In this document: positions 54,505 to 63,998 of the stretch, piece after piece | Layout: every line of letters begins with the position of its first letter | Numbering within the stretch: position 1 is the stretch's first letter | Origin: Candidatus Woesebacteria bacterium GW2011_GWA1_44_23 | Lineage (GTDB): Bacteria; Patescibacteriota; Microgenomatia; UBA8517 | Direction of reading: 5' to 3' | Length of the DNA stretch: 64,000 bases | NCBI GenBank assembly: GCA_001001045.1 | Contig: LCIL01000005.1 | Location: forward strand, 21,409 to 85,408 | The notes under the pieces: generated by a model | The model's input: only the letters and a program-made list of their open reading frames with translations | What the model was told of the DNA's origin: nothing | The model's database searches: none | Position numbers and translations under genes: made by a program

Positions 54505-57291
54505 TTAGACCATGTCAAGGGTAGCGCTTCTGCCCTTTTTAGACTTAAAAATCAACACAAGCAGTGTAACAAGTCCCAAGACTCCTCCTCCCCACTCCAA
54601 AATCTGAGGCCAGAAGAAAATATAGATTACGGAATTTGATTTTGCATTTTCGGACTTCCCGGTAGTCCACCCGTTTGCCCAACTATTAATCCTAACGTGA
54701 TTCAATACCTGGAATCTGGAATTGACGATCCGGAAGGCCACCCAACCCCTATCATAACCTTGTCCCAATTCAAGTAAGCCTTCACCTCCTGTTTCAACGC
54801 CATAACCCCACGTACCAAACTTTTGAACTTTCAGGAGCCTCAGATCATTTTGGATAGCTTGGAGGCTTCCCGAGGGAGACGCAATAAAGCTATTCAGATA
54901 CCCGGAATCTACCGGGTAAAACTCGACTTTCGTCAAAAGGTTTTCGGAGGCAATTCTACCAAAAGACCTTGTTTCAAGATTCAAAACATATCCTGCGCCT
55001 TCAACATTTTTCGGATAAACAAAATATGTCTTATCAAACTTGCCGGAAGGAAGAATTTCCTCAACGTCCGGCACCTGAGAATATAAATTAAATAAATAAA
55101 TCTTGAGTCCTCTTCCTTCCCTGTTTTCTCCGGAAATTCTTACGATATAACCTTGGTTATATCGGAGATCGGGGTAAGGTAAATAGTCGCAGGATGCTCC
55201 ACTTCCTTCCGCGCGGTACAGGATTCCAATGGCAGAGTTGGTTTTGAAAACACTACCGATTTTTTTCAAATCGCAGTTATAAGCACTGGGAAAACCGCGG
55301 TTCACCGAAAGATTCTCTGATATTGCGGGACTTCCCGAAGGTAAATCCGGAGCTTTTCTGGCCGGAACCACGCTATCGTCGCCTGTATAATCGCCATACG
55401 CTGCAAACTCCGGATCAACCGGCGAATATGACAAATCTGAATCGGTTCGAATAAATTCAGATGGGGCAAATACTTCCGCCTTACCGAAACCGGTTTCGTA
55501 AATTGTCAAAAAGCCAAATTTTGCCTCTTCCCTAATCCCGTTTTCTGCAAAGATAGCTTTAAGTTCGGGAATTTTAAGAATATCTGCTGTCCCGCCGGGG
55601 TTAACTATCGACTCGTCCAAAAGCAAATATTTTACCTGATATTTTTTGAGTGTATTCACAAAGCTCTGAGTGTCATTCGCATATAATGCGAATGCGCTTT
55701 GAGTGTAAAAGTCTTCGTTACCGATGCTCCAACGGTCAAAATCACGGTATAAAATCGGGTCGGAGACTCCATATGTTAAAAACCCTGATCCTTCATACCC
55801 CCAACTTCTGTACTCCCAGCCGTATTTGGAATTGATAGGGAAAAGGGCAACACGGCCTCCCGGATTTGAATTAAACCGGTCAAATACCCGACCGTACTCC
55901 TCCGGTAAAACCTTTTTAACATTGGGTCCAATCAACCAGCCATTGAATACGGGCAGGGCAAAGTAAATCAGACCGGCAGTGGTTAAAAGAAAAAATAATA
56001 CCTTAACCAAAACCACAAACGCTTTTAAACGGGCTCCCCAGAAAGTTAGGAGTATAAATGTAAAATAACCGAAATAGAATGAGGCGGTAATTTCAAACAA
56101 AATTGAAAACTTCGTGAAAGGCATTCTGAATCCCTCGGCAAAAACCCCAAAGTTGTTATAGAAATAGGCATATAAATTCCCCAACGGCGGGTTAATATTC
56201 AAAAGGAAAAACAGGCAAAAGATAAGTACAGGGATAAAAGCCAGGGCGGCTTTTCCCAGTTTTATGATTCCTGAAAAAAGCCCCAAAAGGGTTAAGCCAG
56301 CCAGGATATATCCTGTGGCGGTAACGGCAGGAATTGACAAATATTTTGTCCAAACTCCCAATAGATCGGTAAATTGATTGCCGGCAAAATCAAAATTACG
56401 CCACCCGAAAAGAAAGTTTTTCTGCAAAAGAATATCGGCAGGATTACCGTAATCACGGTTTCTTAAAAACGCCTCCTGGCTAAAAAGGCGGTTTATATTT
56501 GAGTTTGAAATCACCCCTGATTGGTTGGCGATCGAATAAATATTGGGCAAGATCCAATACAGGCTTAAAAGCACGGCGGTTAGTATCATTACTAAAAGTC
56601 TTACAAATTTAACTTTTTTATCCGGGGACACAAGGACGTAAGTGCAAAAAAAGACAAAAAGCCCGGCGAAGCTCGCATACCAAAGCGTCGCCGCATAAGC
56701 CATAGGTGATGATAAAATCAAGATTACCGCCCAAAATATGAGACTTACCTTACCCCCTTCCTGCAGGTATTTAAGTCCTGAGAACGCTATCCAAGGGAGG
56801 AATGCAAACGCCGCCGTAAACATCTCGAAAGGAACGTAAAAGTTCTGCAAAGTTCCAAGGTTCAGAAGGTAAAATAGGGCCCCCGAAAAAGCTGCAGGAT
56901 ATATCCAAACACTTTCCTTCTCTTTCCGGAAAACATATTTAAGAAAAAAATAGACCCCCAGGGGACCCAAAATCAGACAAATAAAAATATAGGAATAACG
57001 AAGGAAAGAGGCCGGGAGAACAAACGATTCGAGCCATAAGAAGATAATTCTTGGAAAGTCGGCCATGTGCGAATGAGCCGCAACCGCCCCCAACCCCTGT
57101 TCCGCCCTCCATACGCCTTCCCAAACGCGCCTAAAGGCCTCGGCAAAATTAAACTCCGGGTGCAGGGAGTCCCAACCGATAAGATAAGTGCCCGGAGAGT
57201 AATTTTTAAAACAGATAAACGCCGCAACGGAAAAAATAATAAGCGGGAATAAAATACTAAGGAGCAGTTTGAATTTTTTATTAGAAATCAT
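54505..57291 (-). CDS. large polytopic membrane protein (928 aa) with C-terminal extracytoplasmic domain; GT-C-like (AftD/DUF3367-like?) glycosyltransferase candidate
   Basis: About 14 TM helices in the first 450 aa, then a soluble domain. N-terminus YLIGWDSLHPEFNFAEAFRRVWEGVW. The family assignment is tentative. Confidence 0.45.
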   Translation of the reverse strand: MISNKKFKLLLSILFPLIIFSVAAFICFKNYSPGTYLIGWDSLHPEFNFAEAFRRVWEGVWRAEQGLGAVAAHSHMADFPRIIFLWLESFVLPASFLRYSYIFICLILGPLGVYFFLKYVFRKEKESVWIYPAAFSGALFYLLNLGTLQNFYVPFEMFTAAFAFLPWIAFSGLKYLQEGGKVSLIFWAVILILSSPMAYAATLWYASFAGLFVFFCTYVLVSPDKKVKFVRLLVMILTAVLLSLYWILPNIYSIANQSGVISNSNINRLFSQEAFLRNRDYGNPADILLQKNFLFGWRNFDFAGNQFTDLLGVWTKYLSIPAVTATGYILAGLTLLGLFSGIIKLGKAALAFIPVLIFCLFFLLNINPPLGNLYAYFYNNFGVFAEGFRMPFTKFSILFEITASFYFGYFTFILLTFWGARLKAFVVLVKVLFFLLTTAGLIYFALPVFNGWLIGPNVKKVLPEEYGRVFDRFNSNPGGRVALFPINSKYGWEYRSWGYEGSGFLTYGVSDPILYRDFDRWSIGNEDFYTQSAFALYANDTQSFVNTLKKYQVKYLLLDESIVNPGGTADILKIPELKAIFAENGIREEAKFGFLTIYETGFGKAEVFAPSEFIRTDSDLSYSPVDPEFAAYGDYTGDDSVVPARKAPDLPSGSPAISENLSVNRGFPSAYNCDLKKIGSVFKTNSAIGILYRAEGSGASCDYLPYPDLRYNQGYIVRISGENREGRGLKIYLFNLYSQVPDVEEILPSGKFDKTYFVYPKNVEGAGYVLNLETRSFGRIASENLLTKVEFYPVDSGYLNSFIASPSGSLQAIQNDLRLLKVQKFGTWGYGVETGGEGLLELGQGYDRGWVAFRIVNSRFQVLNHVRINSWANGWTTGKSENAKSNSVIYIFFWPQILEWGGGVLGLVTLLVLIFKSKKGRSATLDMV

Positions 57292-57399
57292 TTGGGGATC
57301 AATCTAATCATAACACTAAAAAAATATGGGGCTGGCTGGCAAATGTTGATTAAAAAATCAAATTTGGTATCCAACCAACCCCCTTCTTAGACTTAAAGC

Positions 57400-57804
57400 C
57401 TAAGGCCAATATACATAAACTGGAATATCAAAATCATATCCCCCTCCATTCAGTCCCGTGACGGTCAGTCGAGCGGTAAAGCTCGTAAACGGCCACGGAT
57501 AGTAGTGATCTGTAAACGCAACACCGTTTATCATTTCAATATCGGTTGATGCGCCATCCTGTCCCAAAGTGTCAAACTGGATATGTGCCCAACCGTCTGG
57601 AGCATTCTGACAGCTTATATCAAATGTCACAAAGTTCGGCGCATAGGTTGTAACTACAATGTTGCATTGCGGCTCTGGATACGGCTTCATAATAAGTGGT
57701 AGGAAAACTTGATGTCCTTCCGCCGCTTTTACTTGAACCGACCCGATCCCGACAAATACAAATATGACCATCGTTATGATGGTCAAAAACAGGTGTTTCT
57801 TCAT
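57400..57804 (-). CDS. small secreted hypothetical protein
   Basis: Signal peptide MKKHLFLTIITMVIFVFVGIGSVQVKA. Confidence 0.45.
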   Translation of the reverse strand: MKKHLFLTIITMVIFVFVGIGSVQVKAAEGHQVFLPLIMKPYPEPQCNIVVTTYAPNFVTFDISCQNAPDGWAHIQFDTLGQDGASTDIEMINGVAFTDHYYPWPFTSFTARLTVTGLNGGGYDFDIPVYVYWP

Positions 57805-57980
57805 TTGATCCTCCTTTTGGGTATATGAAAAAACTTTTGGTCTTAGAATTAAAGAGCAAAACTTCGCTCAGCTAAATTAATAAAAAATATTATTAACTTA
57901 GTCGAACGGGTAACCACTTTATTTTAATCTCAGATGAGAAGAAAATTGTGGTTACCCGAATCGAGGCAAATATTTATTAT

Positions 57981-58967
57981 CTACCGGGTAAAGGTAGTTT
58001 CAAGGCCCATCAGGGGTTCGTTTCCAGATGTAAATAACACTTGGATGTGAACGCCTTTGCAGCCTTCAGGAACGGAACAATTTGCTCCAGCATTTTGAAT
58101 CCCGGTCGGATTCAATTTGGAGTTCATGTTCAACATTTTGTTGGTACCTTCACTGGTAAGACCCCAGATGGCCATGTCCAACGCATTTCCGTTGAAATAG
58201 CGGCCATGTAGCCTGAAACCTTGGTTAAAGATACCTGTGTAATCGCTGGTAACCTTACCTACATTGATGACTACTAACATACAACCGATTCCAGTTCCGT
58301 TTTCTGAACAAGAACCAACACCGGGTATATCGTAATCGCCACTGTAATACAGGTAGGATTCCGAAGCGACTGGCACGCGACAAGCTTCTCCGGCCAATTG
58401 CTGGCAGAAGTTGCTTTCGGGATTGGCGTATTCCAATCCGTCCGGGACACATTGCTTGGTGGGGTCATCGGCGCACGTGACTACCGGAAATTCCGGAACC
58501 AGAGGATTCGGCTCATTTGGAAATGTAGGCCAAAGCTCCGGAGCGATTGCGCGCCAAGTCCACTTCTCAGCATCCTGCCGGAAGGTTGTTCCATCCCCAC
58601 GGTCAAAATCAGCACCTGCCAACCATGTCAATGTCCAGTCGTTTGACTGACTTGACCCTACAATAACCTGTGCGCCAGCAGGTTGGACTGCAGGTTGGAC
58701 AGCAGGTTCTGCCGTTGCGGCGGGTACGGTTACTGCTGATACTTGGTTTTGACCTGCTGGGCCTTGTGGGCCTGCGGGACCTGCTGGGCCTTGCGGACCT
58801 GCGGGACCTGCTGGGCCTTGTGGGCCTGCCACTGCGGCCTGATTTTTAATTTCAGAAAGCATATTTACCGTATTCGCAATCTGAGGACCGGGCCACACAA
58901 ACCAGAGAAACGCAAGTACTGCCAAAAAAACAATCACGATTAGAATCAACCACAAAATCTTTCTCAT
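57981..58967 (-). CDS. membrane-anchored protein with short collagen-like (GPQ/GPA)n stretch and Cys-rich C-terminal domain
   Basis: RBS aaggagg. TM helix ILWLILIVIVFLAVLAFLWFV. AGPQGPAGPAGPQGPAGPAGPQGPAG. Confidence 0.55.
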   Translation of the reverse strand: MRKILWLILIVIVFLAVLAFLWFVWPGPQIANTVNMLSEIKNQAAVAGPQGPAGPAGPQGPAGPAGPQGPAGQNQVSAVTVPAATAEPAVQPAVQPAGAQVIVGSSQSNDWTLTWLAGADFDRGDGTTFRQDAEKWTWRAIAPELWPTFPNEPNPLVPEFPVVTCADDPTKQCVPDGLEYANPESNFCQQLAGEACRVPVASESYLYYSGDYDIPGVGSCSENGTGIGCMLVVINVGKVTSDYTGIFNQGFRLHGRYFNGNALDMAIWGLTSEGTNKMLNMNSKLNPTGIQNAGANCSVPEGCKGVHIQVLFTSGNEPLMGLETTFTR

Positions 58968-59223
58968 TTCAGCCTCCTTTCAAGGCGAAAGATAGATCTT
59001 GTTTTCTGGCGCCAGAAAACAAACATTTTTTATCGAAAAAATTGTTTCGCTTTTTGAACGCCCGTTTCGACTTCGGGAATCTAAGAACTAAAAACTGAAT
59101 AACAAAAACAAATGCTTTTCTAATTCCTAGAGTCCCAAAGCCGAATTTTTTGCCTCGATATATTAAAGTGCTAACTAACCTATCAAGCCGCCACGCATTT
59201 GTGATGGCCTGAATTGGTCAGTT

Positions 59224-59463
59224 TTAAGCAGAAACTTTATTTAGTTTCTTTGAAAGAACCAAAAACATTAGTGAGGAAACCAGAAGCACTCCCCCAACCA
59301 CGGCTAGATTGTCTCCCAAACCGGCTGCTACCGGTGTATGAACTCCACAAACAACTCCCCCTCCGTATGGCTGGGGACAAATAATCTCAACTTCCTCCGC
59401 CAAAACCCTTACCGGGGCGGCAAGAAATACCAAAGCCAAAATCACTAAAATCAGCTTTTTCAT
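59224..59463 (-). CDS. small secreted protein with C-terminal hydrophobic anchor and basic tail (candidate sortase substrate, no canonical LPXTG)
   Basis: MKKLILVILALVFLAAPVRVLA...HTPVAAGLGDNLAVVGGVLLVSSLMFLVLSKKLNKVSA. Lies immediately downstream of the sortase gene. Confidence 0.4.
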   Translation of the reverse strand: MKKLILVILALVFLAAPVRVLAEEVEIICPQPYGGGVVCGVHTPVAAGLGDNLAVVGGVLLVSSLMFLVLSKKLNKVSA

Positions 59464-59563
59464 ATTGATGTGGGCACTATATCACGGATATACCGGTTTG
59501 TCAACATTATAAGACATGTTTTGTTCTGTGTATGACAAGCCATAGTTTTTAGGTTTATTTTCG

Positions 59564-60454
59564 TTAAACCTGAATCAGGCGTGCGTAGATAAATACCTTC
59601 TCTTCCCCGGTCAAGGTCTCACAGGTATAAAGGATAAGGTCAGCCGAATAATCCAGTATTTGGGTCCCCTTGCTGGTCGCATAAACCTCATATAGATATT
59701 TCCTTTGGCTCCAATCGATTTCCACCATATCCCCAACCTTAACTTTGGGTAGATTGTAAAATGAATTATTGCGCCTGTAAGAGTTTGTCCAGGCCAGATA
59801 CCCGAATCTGTGCGCGGCAAGTATGATTGATCTGCCGTTATCATTCGGGGCACCAAAGTCGGAAACCCTCCAAACACCCTTTTTTAAAGCAGCCTCGAAA
59901 TTATCGGCAGTAGCCTCCTGAATGTCGGTATCCACTCCGATAGACGCTATAACCAGGTGGTTGGTTAAGGGCAATCTCGGGTCAAAAGGGGGGAAATAGA
60001 CAGGTTTTGATGTATTTAGATCACTTTTAAGGGTCTGAACTTCGGTGCGGGACATCCTGAAATTCTCAAAAGTCGTGCTGATAATAGTCTTTCCAAAGGT
60101 TAATGCTCTCGGAGCGAAGAAGGTGAGAACCAAGGCAATGCCTATTAAGGCCGAGAATTTTGAAAGTTTTCGAAAAGATAAGGATACTTTACCGGGCTGC
60201 CTTGGAGCCACGACACGCTCAGGCATGATCGGCTGCGGAGACACCTCCACGGTGCCAAATTTCCTGTTGTATATATGTTGGTAGATAACAACTTCTGCCA
60301 TATTTGAATCCGTATTATAGGCTACTTGAAGGAAAATTGCAACTTTTACAATAAAAAAATGCACTCCGTACCAAACTTGAGGAACGGGTAGATCCCCTGC
60401 CCTAGAATCCACCCGTCCCTCAAACCTGGTATTAAAAGTGCATTTTCCTCCCAA
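59564..60454 (-). CDS. sortase family transpeptidase (membrane-anchored)
   Basis: IILAAHR (catalytic His context), LILYTCETLTG (TLxTC Cys motif), N-terminal TM helix. Confidence 0.7.
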   Translation of the reverse strand: MGGKCTFNTRFEGRVDSRAGDLPVPQVWYGVHFFIVKVAIFLQVAYNTDSNMAEVVIYQHIYNRKFGTVEVSPQPIMPERVVAPRQPGKVSLSFRKLSKFSALIGIALVLTFFAPRALTFGKTIISTTFENFRMSRTEVQTLKSDLNTSKPVYFPPFDPRLPLTNHLVIASIGVDTDIQEATADNFEAALKKGVWRVSDFGAPNDNGRSIILAAHRFGYLAWTNSYRRNNSFYNLPKVKVGDMVEIDWSQRKYLYEVYATSKGTQILDYSADLILYTCETLTGEEKVFIYARLIQV

Positions 60455-60882
60455 CTATCAAAGGGCCTTGACAACCCCTTGCATTCGCTTTAGTCTGATT
60501 ACGATTTGTCTTGAGCTAGTCAGTTCGTCAGTTAACCTGTCCGCAAGACAAATCCCGTGTACGAAGTACTTGAAAATTTACTTCGTTATAGTTTTGAAAG
60601 AGCATCTCTATTCGTGGCGAGTCCCACTAGAAATTAGAGGAGAACCCAACGATGGCGATGCTCTTTTTTTACTTCCTCAAACCAATTTCAATGTTCAAGA
60701 AAAAGTGTAACACTCCATGTCAACTCTGTCAAACCCTATAACATATTTAACTGTAAAATTTTACTCACCCATAGTCGAAAATCCCCCAATAATGCCATAT
60801 ATACGGCATTATTTTTTTATACTCAAAATTTGTGGATAACTCGTTGATATCTCTAAATGGCTGCGTTATAGTCTGAAAGGGG

Positions 60883-62190
60883 TTATCTGAAGAGTTGTTT
60901 GATTGCAGCCCCCACATACTTTACCTCTTTTGATGTAATTGCAATAGTAAACCCGAGTCTTTTTGACTCTTTTATCCTTTTGTCCTGCGCCACCACTTCC
61001 CGGACCTCTCCCAGAAGGCCCACCTCCCCAACCGCGATAACTTTTCCTGAGACTGGTTTATCAAAATAGCTTGAAGCCACTGCCAAGCAGATGGAAAGAT
61101 CACTCGCCGGTTCCGTCACCTTAAGTCCCCCCGCTACGTTTACAAAGACATCGTAATCATAAACAGGGAGACCGCAACGACGTGTCAGTACGGCAAGCAG
61201 CAGTTCAAGACGCCTCGAGTCAATTCCTTGTGCAACTCGCCTTGGAATGGCCAACTTTGTGGGCACAACAAGTGCCTGAATTTCCACCAAAAGCGGCCGT
61301 GTTCCCTGCATAACACTCGTTGCAATACTCCCCGAAACATTCTTTACCCCCTTCTCCAGAAATGCTTTTTCGATATCGTCAACGGGCATAAGTCCCCTGT
61401 CCTGCATCTCGAAAACCCCCACTTCGTCAGTCGGCCCGAACCTGTTTTTAACGGCCCGCAGCACGCGAGTTGTGAGTGTTTTATCCCCTTCAAACCACAG
61501 GACGGTATCTACTATATGAGCAAGCACCGCGGGTCCCGCAACCGTACCTTCTTTGGTAACATGTCCAACCAGGAAAAGAGGAATATTCTTCTCTTTTGCG
61601 GCCTTGAGGAGCCTGAATGTGCACTCGCGAACCTGTCCTACCGATCCTGCCATACCTGACAGGTCCGATGTAGTCATTGTTTGGATAGAATCGACAATAA
61701 CGGCTGAGGGGCTTTCGATCGAATCGATTACCGTATCCACATCTGTATTCTCCAAAAGGTTAATTCCACTTTTTTTGATACCAAGCCTCATAGCCCGGAC
61801 CTTGATTTGGCTCACAGATTCCTCCCCACAAACATAGAGAACATTGTCAAGGTTTTCCGAAAGCTGAAGAAGAAGTGTCGATTTACCTATTCCGGGCTCT
61901 CCCGCAACAAGTACGACCTGCCCCGGCACGAGTCCCCCTCCAAGCACCCTGTCAAGCTCGGAGATCTTGGTGGAAACGCGCTTCGTGGCAGCGTTTTTTA
62001 TATCCGAAAGTTTTATGGTTTTTGCCTGTTTTGCTGTTCCCTGACCACGGCTTGTCTTTACAGATTTGGTCCCCGTTTCAATGACAGTCTCAACAAGGCT
62101 GTTCCAGGTTCCGCACTCGGGACATTTGCCCATCCAGCCGGCAGACTCGTAACCACATTGCTGGCAGACATATTTGGAGTGAAGTGACAT
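60883..62190 (-). CDS. radA: DNA repair protein RadA/Sms
   Basis: N-terminal C4 zinc finger CQQCGYESAGWMGKCPECGTWN, Walker A GEPGIGKST, Lon-like C-terminal domain. Confidence 0.85.
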   Translation of the reverse strand: MSLHSKYVCQQCGYESAGWMGKCPECGTWNSLVETVIETGTKSVKTSRGQGTAKQAKTIKLSDIKNAATKRVSTKISELDRVLGGGLVPGQVVLVAGEPGIGKSTLLLQLSENLDNVLYVCGEESVSQIKVRAMRLGIKKSGINLLENTDVDTVIDSIESPSAVIVDSIQTMTTSDLSGMAGSVGQVRECTFRLLKAAKEKNIPLFLVGHVTKEGTVAGPAVLAHIVDTVLWFEGDKTLTTRVLRAVKNRFGPTDEVGVFEMQDRGLMPVDDIEKAFLEKGVKNVSGSIATSVMQGTRPLLVEIQALVVPTKLAIPRRVAQGIDSRRLELLLAVLTRRCGLPVYDYDVFVNVAGGLKVTEPASDLSICLAVASSYFDKPVSGKVIAVGEVGLLGEVREVVAQDKRIKESKRLGFTIAITSKEVKYVGAAIKQLFR

Positions 62191-62216
62191 CTCGGCTCAA
62201 TAATACCACAAAGGGG

Positions 62217-63332
62217 TTATTTGTATCCTACCGGGACTGAGGTTAAAACGAGGCCCAGAGCAATCCTTTTATCTTTTAAATTAACTTCCTCAATTGTGCA
62301 TTTGACTTCTGCCCCAACCGAAAGCTTATAAGCAGGAGGGATTTGAGTAATGTGGATCAAGCCCTCAACCCCCGGTTCAAGCTCAACAAACGCTCCAAAA
62401 TCACTGATCCGGACAATCTTACCCGTAACTTTATCCTCAGATTTATACTTTTTCGGAACTTCCTCCCAGGGATCTTTCTTAGCCTGTTTAATGGAAAATG
62501 CAAGTTTTCCCTCGTGTGCAGCCAGAACCTTCACCTGGACCTGGTCACCTTCGTGAATAACATCGGATGGAAGGTTAACTCTCGAGAAGGAAAGCTCGGA
62601 AACATGGACCAGGCCTTCTACTTCTGCTTTTTGCTTTTTAGCGCTCTTCGCTGTCGCCACCGGGACCTCAATTTTTACAAAAGCGCCGAAAGGAGCGACG
62701 GTTGTGACAACTCCCTCGTAAACTTCCCCTTCTTTGATCTTTTTCAAAGCTTCTTTTACTAGTGCGATATTCCCTGCTTCCGACACTTCCTTCTCGGATA
62801 GAACTACTTTTTTGTTCATTTTATCAACCTCCATGACGCGGGCTTTAAAGTACTTGCCGACCAAATTCTGAGGATTCCCGGTGATTTCCTTCCCAAGTTG
62901 GGAGGTTGGAATAAACCCTTCAATCCCCATAACGTCCACTACAAACCCGGGGGTACTTACTCCCTTGCCAAAAACAGGAACCGCTTCTCCGGATTTTTTG
63001 CAAGCTTCCAATTTTTCCCAGGAGATATCCTTCATGGCATCTTTAAGACCCAAAATTGTGGTTCCCTCGCGGGTTTCCGGCACCAAAATGGTAACCATTA
63101 CATCATCGCCCACCTTAATGCCTTCAATGAATTCTTTGGCGTCGGTGTAGCCTTTTTCCTTAACAATTCCTTCGGATTTGCCGCCGATATCAAAAAGGAT
63201 TACGGAATCCGTTTTGGAAAGGACTTTGGCAACGACTCTCTGCCCTTTCGTGAATGTTTGGACCTTATTCTTGGCACGAGCGAGGAGCTCCGCCATGGTT
63301 ACTGCCTTAGTTGAAGTTGTTTTTGTAGTCAC
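62217..63332 (-). CDS. rpsA: 30S ribosomal protein S1 (short four-S1-domain form)
   Basis: Four S1 repeats (GQRVVAKV..., GDDVMVTI..., GKYFKARV..., GEVYEGVV..., GDQVQVKV...). Confidence 0.75.
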   Translation of the reverse strand: MTTKTTSTKAVTMAELLARAKNKVQTFTKGQRVVAKVLSKTDSVILFDIGGKSEGIVKEKGYTDAKEFIEGIKVGDDVMVTILVPETREGTTILGLKDAMKDISWEKLEACKKSGEAVPVFGKGVSTPGFVVDVMGIEGFIPTSQLGKEITGNPQNLVGKYFKARVMEVDKMNKKVVLSEKEVSEAGNIALVKEALKKIKEGEVYEGVVTTVAPFGAFVKIEVPVATAKSAKKQKAEVEGLVHVSELSFSRVNLPSDVIHEGDQVQVKVLAAHEGKLAFSIKQAKKDPWEEVPKKYKSEDKVTGKIVRISDFGAFVELEPGVEGLIHITQIPPAYKLSVGAEVKCTIEEVNLKDKRIALGLVLTSVPVGYK

Positions 63333-63394
63333 TAATCATTACCGCCTTTCTTTTGTAATACAGGTATTGTACGCCTAAAAACTAAAACTGACAA

Positions 63395-63449
63395 GGGAAA
63401 AAAGAAAAATCCGCCTGCAGGGGTGTGTTGAAAATACCCTTACAGGCGG
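63395..63449 (-). terminator. rho-independent terminator for the 63471..63836 gene (minus strand)
   Basis: 12/13-bp stem CCGCCUGCAGGGG...CCCUUACAGGCGG followed on the minus strand by a U-rich tract (plus-strand gggaaaaaagaaaaat). Confidence 0.5.
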
Positions 63450-63470
63450 CAACTTGCAAAAAAAGGATTG

Positions 63471-63836
63471 TTACAGGTGTTTGGCTTGGTTTTTAAACCA
63501 ATTTCGAATCTCTGGCCAAAGAGCCCATATCCAAATCAATACGACTCCTATTACCATAATGAGTAAACCCGATAGGGTTTTACCATAACGGTCAAGGATA
63601 AAACCAACGATTAGTGATGCAAACATCACAACGACTGGCCAATCCTTCTGCATTTTTCCTCCTTGTGTCTTCAGGTTTGCCCAAATTGTCTTGGGAAACT
63701 TGCTGTTAAAAAAATGCCAGAATACGATTACAAAGATAATGTACGCGATCAAGACTTCCTGTTCGGTCATTCTTCCTCCTTTTGCAAAGTCAAAGAACAT
63801 CATATCGGCGATATGATTGTGGGAATTTTCCCACAA
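63471..63836 (-). CDS. small hypothetical membrane protein (121 aa, three TM helices)
   Basis: Hydrophobic helices. No recognisable family. Confidence 0.4.
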   Translation of the reverse strand: MWENSHNHIADMMFFDFAKGGRMTEQEVLIAYIIFVIVFWHFFNSKFPKTIWANLKTQGGKMQKDWPVVVMFASLIVGFILDRYGKTLSGLLIMVIGVVLIWIWALWPEIRNWFKNQAKHL

Positions 63837-63860
63837 AAAACCCCGATTTACAAATCGGGG
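63833..63860 (-). terminator. rho-independent terminator just downstream of 5S rRNA (minus strand)
   Basis: Minus strand reads CCCCGAUUUGUAAAUCGGGG followed by UUUUUU. Confidence 0.55.
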
Positions 63861-63880
63861 TAATTTGTTTCAAGACATTG

Positions 63881-63998
63881 TTCTGGCGATGAGATATTTT
63901 CGCGCTCAGTTGCCCGAGGACTATCGTCTCCGCTAAAGTGTTTCACTTCTGAGTTCGGAAAGGGATCAGGTGGGACCACTTTGCACTAATCACCAGAA
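63881..63998 (-). rRNA. rrf: 5S ribosomal RNA (minus strand), at the window edge
   Basis: The reverse complement reads UUCUGGUGAUUAGUGCAAAGUGGUCCCACCUGAUCCCUUUCCGAACUCAGAAGUGAAAC...CUCAUCGCCAGAA. It carries the conserved loop-C block CCGAACUCAGAAGUGAAAC. Helix I pairs 5' UUCUGGUGAU with 3' AUCGCCAGAA. Confidence 0.8.

Noticed and set aside
57981-58967. Collagen-like GPQGPAGPAG tract as evidence of a phage tail fibre or eukaryote-like insertion.
   Set aside because: It is only about 26 residues of Gly-X-Y within a membrane-anchored bacterial protein, which is insufficient to infer origin. It is noted in the feature only.
60438-60710. ORF 60438..60710 (90 aa, Cys-rich).
   Set aside because: It has no RBS, is low complexity and sits in a structured intergenic region with a terminator hairpin. 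It is treated as possible ncRNA instead.
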